Positions 45,233-55,514 are shown, counted from the stretch's first letter. The stretch is 64,000 nucleotides of DNA from an uncultured Candidatus Rokubacteria bacterium (GCA_963762145.1 CAVXJS010000009.1:576001-640000), one strand, 5' to 3'. The notes: generated by a model from the sequence alone, not told the origin. Numbers and translations: made by a program.

Positions 45233-45247
45233 GCAACGCGTGTGCCA
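45233..45247 (-). promoter_or_regulatory. Sigma-54 (-24/-12) promoter upstream of the bEBP gene
   Basis: Minus strand TGGCAC-ACGCG-TTGC, a perfect match to TGGCAC-N5-TTGC, ~45 nt before the start. Confidence 0.8.
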
Positions 45248-45348
45248 TCGAAGGAATGCAAATCGGGCGGGCACTTACACGCTTCGGAGCGGGGGTCGAC
45301 GCCAAAAGGTGGTTGGGGTGGCTCCAAATCTTGTCACCCAAAATCGAA

Positions 45349-46062
45349 CTAACCGCTCGGAGGAATCCCCAACCGGCGGCGGCGACGCCTCCAGGCTGCC
45401 GCACCCAGTAGTGCCAGGTTGGAGCCGGCGAGCAGGAGGGTGGCGGGCTCGGGTGTGGGCGCCAGGTCTTCCGGGAGGCTCGGATCGAGCCGCGGCCCCT
45501 GTCCGGCCACGCCCGGCCCCCCACCGGACCACGGGCCGAGATTGCCGAACCCGGGATATCCACCAGAGCCGACCCCGCCGGCACCGCCTCCGGTCCCCGT
45601 CCCGGCCCACGGCGTGCTCTCGAGCTCGGTGGGGGTGGACACCGTGTCGCCCCCCGACGCGTCCGGTGACCCGACCTGCGCGAGCAGACCACGCACGAGG
45701 ACGGCCGGGCTGTCGGAGGGCGTCTCGCCCGCGCCTTCGTCGAGACCGTTACCCGGGATCCCCTCGACCGAGGTGATCATGGTCAGGTTTGGCGACGGCT
45801 TTGGCGGCAGCGCCGGCAACGAGGGCGGCGAGGCGGGAGTCTGCCCCATCAGCGCGTTCCATACGTCGCCCGGGATCTGCGCCACGGCGGCCGCGCTTCT
45901 CGGATCGCGCACCGACCCCGACGGCGCCGAGGGGCTCGATAGGCCGCCCACGTCGCCACGGAGCGGCCAGAGATAGAGCGGCAGCAGGATCAGCAGGAGG
46001 ATTAGGACGGCGATCAGACCTCGCCGGCCGCGACGCGAGGGCAAAGGTTCGCCGTCCTGCAT
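45349..46062 (-). CDS. PEP-CTERM sorting domain protein, Pro/Gly/Ser-rich, with N-terminal TM helix
   Basis: C-terminal PTPEPATLLLAGSNLALLGAAAWRRRRRR; N-terminal RRGRRGLIAVLILLLILLPLYLW; ATG 46062 chosen because it lies just downstream of the sigma-54 motif. Confidence 0.78.
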   Translation of the reverse strand: MQDGEPLPSRRGRRGLIAVLILLLILLPLYLWPLRGDVGGLSSPSAPSGSVRDPRSAAAVAQIPGDVWNALMGQTPASPPSLPALPPKPSPNLTMITSVEGIPGNGLDEGAGETPSDSPAVLVRGLLAQVGSPDASGGDTVSTPTELESTPWAGTGTGGGAGGVGSGGYPGFGNLGPWSGGGPGVAGQGPRLDPSLPEDLAPTPEPATLLLAGSNLALLGAAAWRRRRRRLGIPPSG

Positions 46063-46075
46063 ACCCGGAGGGAAT

Positions 46076-46091
46076 AGCGAAGGCCATGCCA
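46076..46091 (-). promoter_or_regulatory. Probable sigma-54 promoter for the PEP-CTERM gene
   Basis: Minus strand TGGCATGGCCTTCGCT (GG-N10-GC). Confidence 0.6.
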
Positions 46092-46282
46092 CCGGCCGAG
46101 GCGAAAAAATGTCTGATCAGTCACGCGTTTGAGAAGGCCGAGCCCTGTCGGGCAGGATTTGCGCGGGACACGCCGCCTCCGGTGAGAGCCCAGGCGTGCT
46201 CACTCAGGGCAAGGACGTACCCATCGCGAATCGGCCAACCAGTGCGTTGACCGACCCGCTCGGCCTGGCCTAGGATGCGGCC

Positions 46283-47362
46283 ATGAAAATCACCGCCATC
46301 GATAGCGCCGTGCTCCGCATGCCGAACCGCAAGCCGATCGCGCTCGACTTCCCGCACCACAGCCTGGTCGTCGCGCACATCCGCACCGACGAGGGTGTCA
46401 GCGGGCTGGGCTACACGCTCGCCTTCGGCGGCGGCGGCGTGGAGTCCATCCAGGCCTACCTGGACACGCGGCTCGCCCCGTTGCTCGTGGGCCAGGACCC
46501 GCTGCTGGTGGAGCGGCTCTGGGAGCGGATGTATCGCGCCGATCGCGGCATCAAGCGCCAGGGGGTCGCGGCCTACGCGCTCAGCGCGCTCGACATCGCG
46601 CTGTGGGACATCGTCGGCAAGACCGCGGGCCTGCCGCTCTACAAGCTCTGGGGTGCGGTCACCGACCGGGTCGCGGCCTACGGCAGCGGCGGGTGGCCGA
46701 GCTACTCACTGGACGACCTGATCGGCGAGGCGGAGATGTACGCGGCGCGCGGATGCCGCTACTACAAGCTGAAGATCCACGACCCCGATCCGCGGGCCAA
46801 CCGCGAGCGCGTGCTGGCGGTCAAGAAAGCGGTCGGCGACGGCGTCCGGCTCATGGTGGACGTCAACCAGAAGCTCGACGTCCTCGGCAACATCCGCCAG
46901 GCCCGGCTGCTCGAGGACCTGGACCTCGTCTGGTACGAGGAGCCGGTGCTCGCCGACGACCTCGCCGCCTGCGCGGAGGTCGCGCGCGCGATCAACATCC
47001 CGGTGGCCACCGGCGAGAACAACTACACGCGCTTCGAGTTCCGCGATCTCATCGAGCGGCGCGCCGCCCGCTACCTGATGCCCGATCTCTGCCGCGCCAA
47101 CGGCTTCAGCGAGACGCTCAAGATCGGCCGCCTCGCCGCCGCCCACCAGCTCGCGGTCTCACCCCACGTCGTGCACGAGCTCTCGTTGCAGGTGGCGGGC
47201 GCGCTGAGCAACGGCTTCCTCGTGGAATGGATCGACTGGGTGCCCGAGGATCTCTTCGCCGAGATGCCGGTCATGCAGGGCGGCGATTTCCTCATCCCCG
47301 ATCGGCCGGGGCACGGCGTGGCCCTGGCTCCGGGGGCGGAGAAGAAGTACCGCGTCGGCTGA
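46283..47362 (+). CDS. Mandelate racemase/muconate lactonizing enzyme family protein
   Basis: DIALWD, YKLKI (KxK), MVDVNQ, WYEEP, ATGEN, SPH. Confidence 0.9.
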   Translation: MKITAIDSAVLRMPNRKPIALDFPHHSLVVAHIRTDEGVSGLGYTLAFGGGGVESIQAYLDTRLAPLLVGQDPLLVERLWERMYRADRGIKRQGVAAYALSALDIALWDIVGKTAGLPLYKLWGAVTDRVAAYGSGGWPSYSLDDLIGEAEMYAARGCRYYKLKIHDPDPRANRERVLAVKKAVGDGVRLMVDVNQKLDVLGNIRQARLLEDLDLVWYEEPVLADDLAACAEVARAINIPVATGENNYTRFEFRDLIERRAARYLMPDLCRANGFSETLKIGRLAAAHQLAVSPHVVHELSLQVAGALSNGFLVEWIDWVPEDLFAEMPVMQGGDFLIPDRPGHGVALAPGAEKKYRVG

Positions 47363-47375
47363 GGCGCCGCGGGCC

Positions 47376-48308
47376 TCAGAACACCGCGAGCGGGTTGGCG
47401 GGCGAGCCGGTGCCCCCGACCACCACGAGCGGGGCGACGATGAGCATGAACTCGTCCCGCTTCTCGTCCACGCAGGCACGGCTCAGCGGCTCGAGGAGGG
47501 CGTTGTCCACGAGCGCGACCCCGTAGGCGAAGAGGGCGGCGTGCACCGCCCAGGGGATGTCGTACCCGATCGGCAGGTGGTCCAGCATGTCCCACACGAG
47601 CACGCTCACGTCGTGGTCGCGCAGGAACTCGAGGCAGGAGACGTGCAGTCCGGGCCGCTCCGTGGGGCCGGGGCCGAAGGGCCGGCCGTAGGGCTTCTCG
47701 CCGTTCGCCTCCTGCCAGGCCTCCCGACCCGAATACACGCACACCGCGTCGCCGGGCTCGAGCGTGAGCCCGCGTGCGCGCGCGATGTCCTCGAGCTCCC
47801 AGCCGTGCACGGGCCGGTCCCAGGTCACCGACGGCACCCCGCGATGGCGCGGCACGTCGAGGAAGACCCCGCGCGTGATGATGCCCTCGGCCCAGTGCTC
47901 CACCGAGCCGAACGTCGCGCCGTCGAACGTGATCTCCTTCTTCGGGTCACGCCCGTTCCACATCGCGTGCTCGTCCCACGTGTGGCAGAGCGCGTCGATG
48001 TGGGTCGAGGCGATACCGTGATAGAAGATGCCGTAGTAGTCGGCCGCGAACCCGCCTTTGCCGCGCGCCAGCGTCCGCATGTAGTGCTGCGCGGGCAGCG
48101 CGTTGTTGGGACCGGGCTCCTTGGGAAACGGCCGGCTCATGGAGACGCTCCGCCCGGAGCGCACGAGCCGCGCGGCCGTGGCGCGCTTGGCCGGAGTGAT
48201 CAGGTTGATCGCGCCAAGCTGGTCATCCTTTCCCCAGCGACCCCAGTTGCGGCGATCGTGAATGAGGGCGCGTACTTGCTGCTCGGTCGGTAGCGGACGC
48301 TCGGGCAT
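47376..48308 (-). CDS. Cyclase (kynurenine formamidase-like) family protein
   Basis: NWGRWGKDDQLGAIN, THIDALCH, GIITRGVFLD, GGTGSPANP. Confidence 0.85.
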   Translation of the reverse strand: MPERPLPTEQQVRALIHDRRNWGRWGKDDQLGAINLITPAKRATAARLVRSGRSVSMSRPFPKEPGPNNALPAQHYMRTLARGKGGFAADYYGIFYHGIASTHIDALCHTWDEHAMWNGRDPKKEITFDGATFGSVEHWAEGIITRGVFLDVPRHRGVPSVTWDRPVHGWELEDIARARGLTLEPGDAVCVYSGREAWQEANGEKPYGRPFGPGPTERPGLHVSCLEFLRDHDVSVLVWDMLDHLPIGYDIPWAVHAALFAYGVALVDNALLEPLSRACVDEKRDEFMLIVAPLVVVGGTGSPANPLAVF

Positions 48309-48636
48309 AAGATCCTCCGGCGCGGGACTCTACGCCGACTGACGCGGTCCACGCAAGCGCAACCCAACCCCTGAATGACGCATCGCGTGGTTCCGGTTGA
48401 CTGGCCCCGCACCTTGTGGCATCTTCGCCATCCCGGAGCCGGCTCTCGGGCCCGGGGAACGGAAGAGGCAGGGGTGCCAGATCGGGTAGCGCACTATCCA
48501 GTGATCGAGAAAATTTCCCTATGCAATGCTGGCACTATCGGCGCTAACCCCTAGACTCCGTTCGGCTACTGCGACTGGTACAGGGCTTGCCCTATCCAGA
48601 TTCGCGAGGCGACATTTCGCCTAGAGGAGAACACCT

Positions 48637-49641
48637 GTGACGAAATCGAAACTGATCATTCAGAGCTCGCTGGCGATCCTCATGCTCCTGGCGGCGGCCA
48701 GCCTCTGCCCGGCCGCCGAGGACATGGGCATCATCACCGGCGGTGACAAGGGCACCTACTACCAGTTCGGCCTCGATCTGCAGAAGCTGACGAAGCCCGC
48801 GGGCGTGAACCTGTCGGTGCACACCTCGAAGGGTTCCATCGAGAACATCTTCGCGGTCTATCAGCGTCCCGGCGTGCAGATGGGCATCGTGCAGTCCGAC
48901 GTGCTCGCATTCGTGGCCCGGGTGCAGTCGGACCCGGTCCTGAGCCGCATCGCCAAGAAGACCCGCATGGTGTTCCCCCTCTACAACGAGGAAGTCCACC
49001 TGCTCGGCAAGAAGGGCATCCGCGACTTCGACGACCTGGCCGGCAGGCGGGTGGCCATCGGCCGTGACGGGAGCGGCACCTATCTCACCTCCCGCCTGCT
49101 GTTCAAGCTCTCCGAGGTCGCTCCCGCCGAGATGGTGCCGATCGATACCGGCGAAGCGCTCGCCGAGCTCAAGGCCGGCCGCATCGACGCCATGTTCTAC
49201 GTGGCCGGATACCCGGTGAAGCTGCTCAAGGACGACATCACCGAGAAGGACGGCCTCGAGCTGATCCCGATCACGAACAAGAGCATCACCGAGTTCTATC
49301 CGCGCGCGGATATCCCGGCCAATGTCTACGAGTGGCAGAAGACTCCGGTGAACAGCGTGGCGGTCAAGGCGGTGCTGGTCTCGTTCGATTTCCGCAGGAA
49401 GGACTGCGACAACGTCGGACGCTTCGCCCAGACGATACAGAAGCAGATGCCCACGCTGCTCCAGAACGGGCACCCGAAGTGGAAGGTGGTCGACCTCAAC
49501 TACCCGCTGAAGGGCTGGGAGCAGTACGACTGCGTGCGGAAGTTCATCGGCACCGCCGCCGCGGCCCCCGCGGCTGCGCCCAAGCCCGCTGCGAACGAGA
49601 ATCCGGTCTTCAACGCGATCAAGGGACTGCTTGACGACTAG
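48637..49641 (+). CDS. TAXI-family TRAP solute-binding protein
   Basis: Signal peptide, TGGDKGTYY, SKGSIEN, GIVQSD, PLYNEEVH, GSGT, HPKW; GAGGAG SD. Confidence 0.87.
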   Translation: MTKSKLIIQSSLAILMLLAAASLCPAAEDMGIITGGDKGTYYQFGLDLQKLTKPAGVNLSVHTSKGSIENIFAVYQRPGVQMGIVQSDVLAFVARVQSDPVLSRIAKKTRMVFPLYNEEVHLLGKKGIRDFDDLAGRRVAIGRDGSGTYLTSRLLFKLSEVAPAEMVPIDTGEALAELKAGRIDAMFYVAGYPVKLLKDDITEKDGLELIPITNKSITEFYPRADIPANVYEWQKTPVNSVAVKAVLVSFDFRRKDCDNVGRFAQTIQKQMPTLLQNGHPKWKVVDLNYPLKGWEQYDCVRKFIGTAAAAPAAAPKPAANENPVFNAIKGLLDD

Positions 49642-49645
49642 ACGC

Positions 49646-50623
49646 GTGATACCGGGCGGCAACCGCTTTATCTCGATCGGCGCTGCGGCCGGGAGCCTCG
49701 CGCTCCTGGCCGCGGTCGTACTGATGCTCTGGCCGCCCGATCCGGGCGACTACGCGTTCACGCCGGGGGACCGGCCCGACGGCGAGACCGTGGGCTGGGT
49801 CGCGAAGGTCGAATCCAACACCATCCACGTCAACTCCGGCCCGTTCGGGGGCGGCGTGGTGCCGCTGGTGGTGACCAAGACCACGCGGATCACGGTCGGC
49901 GCCAAGGATGGCTGGTTCGAGGACATCCGACCCGGCGGCCAGGTCAAGGTGGCCTACGAGCTCTATCATGGGCGACGCTTCGCGCGAAGCGTCGAGCTCC
50001 TGGTCGACGAGGGCTCCCGCCGGCCGGGGCGCAGCAGCCCGCAGGCCAAGGGGCCGGCAGAAACGCAGGCACCCGCAGAGCGGCCGACGACTGCCCCCGC
50101 GGCGCCCTCGGCGGCGGCGACCACCGCGCCTCCGGTCGCGGCGCCCCCCGCGACCGCACCGCCCGCCGCGGCGCCCGCGGCGGCTCCGCCCGCCCCCGCG
50201 ACGGCTCCGCCCGCCCCGCGACGGCTCCGAAGGTCGCGGCGCCACCTCCCGCCGTGTCCGTGGCGCCCCCGCCCCCGGTCGCGGTGGCCCCGGCTCCGGC
50301 GCCACGGCCCGCTCCCACCACCGCCGCGAAGCCCGCGCCCGCTCCGGAGGTCCGGCCCACGCCGAGACCCGACGCCCGCTCCGGCAAGACCTCAGCCGGT
50401 CGAGATCGTGCCAGCGCCCCAGCGCGCGTCGACGGCGACCCCTCCCGCGCAGAGCGTGTCGGCCCCGGCGAACGGCCCACGGGCGCCCGAGCCGGCGCGC
50501 GCGGTCGAGACGGTCCGGCCCGCGGCCCCCGCGGCGCCCCGCCCCGCGGAGCCGGCCCGCGGGAGCGACAGCGACGCCACCGACGGCTCCGCCGCGGTGG
50601 ACTGGCTTCTCAAGCGCCGCTAG
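49646..50623 (+). CDS. Membrane-anchored hypothetical protein: small beta domain plus long Pro/Ala tail (two compensating frameshifts ~50215 and ~50370)
   Basis: TM helix, OB-like VVTKTTRITVG...DIRPGGQVKVAY, Pro/Ala repeats, conserved-looking tail DGSAAVDWLLKRR. Confidence 0.6.
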   Translation: MIPGGNRFISIGAAAGSLALLAAVVLMLWPPDPGDYAFTPGDRPDGETVGWVAKVESNTIHVNSGPFGGGVVPLVVTKTTRITVGAKDGWFEDIRPGGQVKVAYELYHGRRFARSVELLVDEGSRRPGRSSPQAKGPAETQAPAERPTTAPAAPSAAATTAPPVAAPPATAPPAAAPAAAPPAPATAPPAPRRLRRSRRHLPPCPWRPRPRSRWPRLRRHGPLPPPPRSPRPLRRSGPRRDPTPAPARPQPVEIVPAPQRASTATPPAQSVSAPANGPRAPEPARAVETVRPAAPAAPRPAEPARGSDSDATDGSAAVDWLLKRR

Positions 50624-50634
50624 GTCCCCGCAGC

Positions 50635-51474
50635 TCATTCGCTCACCCGGGCCCGCATCCGGGGATCGAGCGCGTCCCGCAGCCCATCGCCCAGGCAGTT
50701 GAAGCCCATCACGGTCAGGAAGATCGCGATCCCCGGGAACAGCGACACGTGCGGGGCGTCCAGCAGGTAGGCCCGCCCGTCGCTGACCATCTTTCCCCAT
50801 TCGGGCGTGGGCGGTTGCACCCCCAGGCCGAGGAACGAAAGGATCGCGGCGAGCAGGATCGAGGTGGCCACCTGCATCGACGAGAAGACCAGCAGCGGGG
50901 AGACGCTGTTGGGGAAGATGTGGCGGAAGAGCACGCGCCCGTGCCCGGCGCCCAGCGCGTGCACGCCCTGGACGAACTCGAGCTCCTTCAGCGAGAGCAC
51001 CATCGCGCGGGTGAGGCGGGCGAAGCTCGGGATGGACCGCAGCCCCACCGCGATCATCACGTTGATCAGGCTGGGACCGAGCGCGGCCACGATCGCGATG
51101 GCGAGCAGGATGCTCGGGAACGCCAGCAGCACCTCCATGGCGCGCATCACCGGCGCGTCGAGCCGCGGGAAGTAGCCCGCGAGCAGGCCGAGCAGGATGC
51201 CGGCGACCGCGCCGATCGCGGTGGCGAGCACGCCGACCACCAGCGAGAGCCGCGCCCCGAAGAGGATGCGGCTCAGGATGCACCGCCCGAACTCGTCCGC
51301 GCCGAGCGGGAACTCGCGCGACGGCGGGGCGAGCGCGCTCGGGAGGTCCTGCCGGATCGGATCGCGCGGCGCCACCTGGGCCGCGAACGCGGCCAGGAGG
51401 ACCAGCAGCGCGATCAGCGCCAGTCCCACCACCGCCAGGCGATGGGACACGAACCGCCGCCACCCCGCGCTCAT
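50635..51474 (-). CDS. Peptide/nickel ABC transporter permease (DppC-like)
   Basis: PLGADEFGR, AFPSILL, EFVQGVHALGA loop, LSFLGLG..PPTPEWG. Confidence 0.9.
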   Translation of the reverse strand: MSAGWRRFVSHRLAVVGLALIALLVLLAAFAAQVAPRDPIRQDLPSALAPPSREFPLGADEFGRCILSRILFGARLSLVVGVLATAIGAVAGILLGLLAGYFPRLDAPVMRAMEVLLAFPSILLAIAIVAALGPSLINVMIAVGLRSIPSFARLTRAMVLSLKELEFVQGVHALGAGHGRVLFRHIFPNSVSPLLVFSSMQVATSILLAAILSFLGLGVQPPTPEWGKMVSDGRAYLLDAPHVSLFPGIAIFLTVMGFNCLGDGLRDALDPRMRARVSE

Positions 51475-51492
51475 CCGCCCGCGCCCCGTCGC

Positions 51493-52435
51493 TCAGTCAT
51501 AGCGGATACGCGGATCGAGCAGACCGTAGAGCAGGTCCACCAGCAGGTTCACCATGACGAAGAGCACCGCCACCAGGAGCACGCAGCCCTGCACCACCGG
51601 GTAATCGCGCTGGAGGATCGCGGTCATGGCCAGCCGGCCGACGCCGGGCCAGGCGAAGATGGTCTCGGTGACGACCGCGCCCCCGAGCAGGAAGCCGTAC
51701 TGCAGGCCGACCACCGTCACCACCGGGATGAGCGCGTTCTTGAGCGCGTGCTTGGTCACCACCGAGACCGGCGGCAGTCCCTTGGCCCGCGCGGTGGTCA
51801 CGTACTCGCGGCCCAGCACGTCGAGCATGCCCGAGCGCGTGAGCCGGCTCGTGATCGCGATGGAGGTGGTGGCCAGGGTGGCGGCGGGCAAGCGCGATGT
51901 GGCGCAGGCCGTCCCACTGCCAGAGCGGCCCGCCACGGCCCGAGACGGGCAGCCAGCCGAGCTGCAGGCTGAAGAGCCAGATCGCCACGATCGCCAGCCA
52001 GAACACGGGCATGGAGAGGCTCGACAGCGAGGTGGTCATGGCGAGGTAGTCCACCCAGGTGGCCCGGCGCACCGCCGCGATCAGCCCCAGCGGCACGCCG
52101 ACGAGCACCGAGATGATCATGCTGACCGTGGTCAGCTCGAGCGTGGCGGGAAAGCGCGCGAGGATCTCGTCGGCCACCGGCGCGCGCGAGCGGAGCGAGC
52201 GGCCCAGATCGCCGCGCAGGGCGCGATGGAGGAACGACCAGTACTGCTCGTGGAGCGGCCGGTCCAGCCCGAGCTCGACGCGGATGCGCTCGACCACCGA
52301 CTCGGGCGCGTCGGGCCCTGCGATGAGGCGCACCGGGTCTCCCGGCACCACGTGCATGACCGCGAAGGCCAGCAGCGAGACGCCGAAGAGGACCGGGATG
52401 GTTTGCCAGAGGCGGCGGAGAACGTATCCGCCCAC
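51493..52435 (-). CDS. Peptide/nickel ABC transporter permease (DppB-like); frameshift ~51890
   Basis: PGDP, LGLDRP, GDLGRS, then [30 protein letters not shown] in the next frame. Confidence 0.88.
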
Positions 52436-52444
52436 CGTCCCGGC

Positions 52445-53888
52445 CTAGCCGCTCCAGTCCGGGTAGGTCTGCGGGGAGAGCTGGTCGGCGCTCCGCCCGG
52501 CCCAGTCCGCCTTGGCCATGCGGGGCCACATCCGGTCGCCCGCCGCCTGCAGCGCCCCGAGGATCGCCTTCTCGTCGGCGGCGAGCACCTGGCCGCCGTC
52601 GACCACCAGGCGCCCGTTGACGTAGACGCGGTCCACGTCCTCGTCGGCCGCGTTGTAGACCAGGTTCTTGATCGGGTCGCGTAGCGGCGTCATCTTCCAC
52701 GAGGTCGCCTTCCACAGCACCAGGTCGGCCTTGGCCCCGGGGGCGATGCGCCCGAGGTCGTCGCGCCCGAGGGCCCGCGCGCCCCCCGAGGGTCGCCGCG
52801 TCGAAGGCGTGCGCCGCGGTGGTGGCCTCGGTGTTGCGCTCCATCATCTTCGAGCACACCGCGGCCCAGCGCATGGCCTCGATCACGCTCTGGGGGTTGG
52901 TGTCGGTGCCGAGCGACATGTTGACGCCCGCCGCCCGGTAAGCCGCGAACGACTCCATGGCCACGCCCCGCCGGGCGAAGACCCACACCGCGTGGGCCAC
53001 CGAGCAGCCCGCGTCGGCCATCATCGCCACGTCGCCCGCCGGGTAGTTGGTCCACGACGAGCCGCCGATGATGATGGCGTGGCCCAGGATCGTGTTCTGG
53101 CCGAGCACGCCGAGCTCCCGCATCCACGCGATCGGGGTCTTGCCGTACCGCGCGACCATCTCGTTGAACTCGACCACCGACTGCGAGGTGTGGACCTGGT
53201 AGGGCACGCGGGCCTCGTCCGCGAAGCGCTTGGCCTCCTGGAGCAGCCCGGGCGTGCAGGTGTCGATCTGGGCCGGCGATAAGAAGCAGCGCACGAGACC
53301 TCCGTGGGCGCCGTCGTGCTTCTTGTGGAACTCCACCGCCCGCCGCAGGCCCTGCTTGCCCTGCTCCTCGTTCCACTCCCACTCCACGCGCTTGCCGTCG
53401 CGCGTGAGCCAGCGCCCCGAGCGGAACGCCTGGCCCATGTAGACGCGGATGCCATAGTGAGCCGCCCGCTCGACCACGTACTCGCCGAGGCCGCCGATCT
53501 CCATGACGGTGGTGACCCCGCCCCGGAGCAGCTCGGCCATCGAGAAGTCCACGCAGGCGCGGCCGCCTTCCTCGTCCTGGCCCTCGCTGCGCACCGGCAG
53601 CATCTCGAAGAGGCCCGAGTACCAGAACTGGGGGTTGCCGCGGTCCTCGATGAAGGACCGGTCGAGCGGCGAGCCCCCGATGTGGGCGTGGGTCGAGATG
53701 AGACCCGGGGTCACGATCCGGTCGTGGGCGTCGATGGTCTCGTCCACCGTGCCGTCGAAGCGGGGACCCACGTACAGGATGTGATCGCCTTCCATCACCA
53801 CGACCCCGTCCCGGAGGAGACGGTGGCCGCGGCCGTCGAACGCCACGATGTAGCCGGCCCGGATCGCGGTCCGCCTGATCGCGCTCAT
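52445..53888 (-). CDS. Amidohydrolase, AtzA/TrzA-like; frameshift in a G run ~52785
   Basis: PGLISTHAH, GVTTV, LGTD, AATLGG then ARALGRDDLGRIAPGAKADL...VYVNG. Confidence 0.85.
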
Positions 53889-53891
53889 GGC

Positions 53892-55514
53892 TCAGGCCAC
53901 CCACACGTCCATCAGCTTGTAGACGCCGTGGATCGGATGGTACTTGAGGCCGCGCGCCCGCGGCCGGCTGCCGAAGATCCAGCGCACGTGCTGGATCGGC
54001 ACCACCACCGCCTCGTCGACCAGGCGCTGCTCGAGCCCCTGGAACGCGCGCACCCGCTCCGCCTCCTTCAGCGAGGTCTGCGAGACCTGGAAGAACGCGT
54101 CGGTCTTCTCGTCCTTCCAGCGCACCGTGTTGGGACTGGGGACCGCCTGGGAGACGAAGAAGTAGAGGAAGTCGGCGGAGCTGTAGATCATGGGCAGGAA
54201 GCGCATGTCGTGCTCCCCGGCCCGCGTCGCGGTGTTGAACGCGGCCGACTCCAGCCGCTTGATCTGCATGTCGAACCCGGCCTCGCGGAGCGTGGCCTGC
54301 ACCGGCGTGACGATGCGCTCGTGCAGCTCGGTGAACACGAAGCAGGTCGCGGTGAGCGGCTTGCCGTCCTTCTGCCGGATGCCGCCCGGCCCCGGGGTCC
54401 ACCCGGCCTCGGTGAAGAGCCGCTTCGACTTCTCGAGGCTCCACTCGTGCATGTGCGGCCGCATCTGCTCCTTGGGCGTCGCCCCCGGCACGAGCGGGTG
54501 GAGGAAGCCGTGGGAGACGTCGGCCTGGCCCTTCATCACGAACTGCACGATCTGCTCCCGGTTGACCGCGTGGGCCACCGCCTTCCGCACCCGCGGATCC
54601 TTGAACACGTCCTTCTCCACGTTGAAGCCGAGGTGGTTGGAGGACAGCCGCGGGATCGAGGTGACCTTGACCCCGCGCCCCTCGAGCCGCGGGATGTGCT
54701 GGGGCGCGACGTCGATGTCGAGGTCGATGCCGCCGGTCTCGAGCTCCGCCGCCCGCGAGGCGTCCTCCGGCAGGGTGCGGAAGATGATTCGGTCCACCCA
54801 GGGGGCGCCGGTGTTGTCGTAGACGGGCGAGCCCCACGCGTAGTCGTCGTTGCGCGTGAGCTCCATGCGATCGTCCTTGAGCCACTCCTTGAGCCGGAAG
54901 GGCCCGGTGCCGCACACGCTCGCCGAGACCACGCCGTAGTCCTTGCCGTGCTGGGCCACGTGCTTGGCGTGGGGAATCGAGGCGTAGGCCCACTCGGTCT
55001 GGCTCACGTTGTTGAGGAACACCAGCGTCGGGTTCTTGAGCTTGAACACGACGGTGTGATCGTCCACCACCCGCGTCTCCTGCAGGCTCGCCATCTTCGC
55101 CCGCGTGGGCACCGACTCCTTCGGGTCGATCCACCGGTCGAAGTGGTCCTTGACGTCCTGGGCGGTGAGCGTCGCCCCGCAGTGGAACTTGACGTTCTTG
55201 CGCAGGTGGAACGTCCAGGTGAGTCCGTCCGAGGAGGTCTCCCACTTCTCGGCCAGGGCCGGGCGGATCTTCATCTGGAAGTCGTGGAGCACGAGGCCGT
55301 CGTAGAGCAGGAAGTTGGTCGCGATCGCGGAGAGGCCGGTGGAGCGCCCGGGATAGAGCGTGTCCGCGTCGTGGTTGCGGCCGACGGTGAGCGTGCCGCC
55401 CTTCTTCGGCTTCTCCTGGGCGGCCGCGAGCGGAGCCCCGGCTCCGAGCATGACCGCGCCGGCGGTCCCGAGCTTGAGAAGAGTCCGGCGATCGATGCGA
55501 TGCGTGGTAGACAT
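53892..55514 (-). CDS. ABC substrate-binding protein family 5 with Tat signal
   Basis: DRRTLLK twin-arginine, PKKGGTL, LAEKWE, FHLRKNVKFH, GTGPF. Confidence 0.9.
   Translation of the reverse strand: MSTTHRIDRRTLLKLGTAGAVMLGAGAPLAAAQEKPKKGGTLTVGRNHDADTLYPGRSTGLSAIATNFLLYDGLVLHDFQMKIRPALAEKWETSSDGLTWTFHLRKNVKFHCGATLTAQDVKDHFDRWIDPKESVPTRAKMASLQETRVVDDHTVVFKLKNPTLVFLNNVSQTEWAYASIPHAKHVAQHGKDYGVVSASVCGTGPFRLKEWLKDDRMELTRNDDYAWGSPVYDNTGAPWVDRIIFRTLPEDASRAAELETGGIDLDIDVAPQHIPRLEGRGVKVTSIPRLSSNHLGFNVEKDVFKDPRVRKAVAHAVNREQIVQFVMKGQADVSHGFLHPLVPGATPKEQMRPHMHEWSLEKSKRLFTEAGWTPGPGGIRQKDGKPLTATCFVFTELHERIVTPVQATLREAGFDMQIKRLESAAFNTATRAGEHDMRFLPMIYSSADFLYFFVSQAVPSPNTVRWKDEKTDAFFQVSQTSLKEAERVRAFQGLEQRLVDEAVVVPIQHVRWIFGSRPRARGLKYHPIHGVYKLMDVWVA

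Noticed and set aside
48420-48636. Known riboswitch or tRNA in the TAXI leader
   Set aside because: I could not match any family consensus by eye; kept only as a low-interest lead
50090-50400. GC-rich ~21-bp repeats
   Set aside because: They encode a Pro/Ala/Thr low-complexity linker; no independent element
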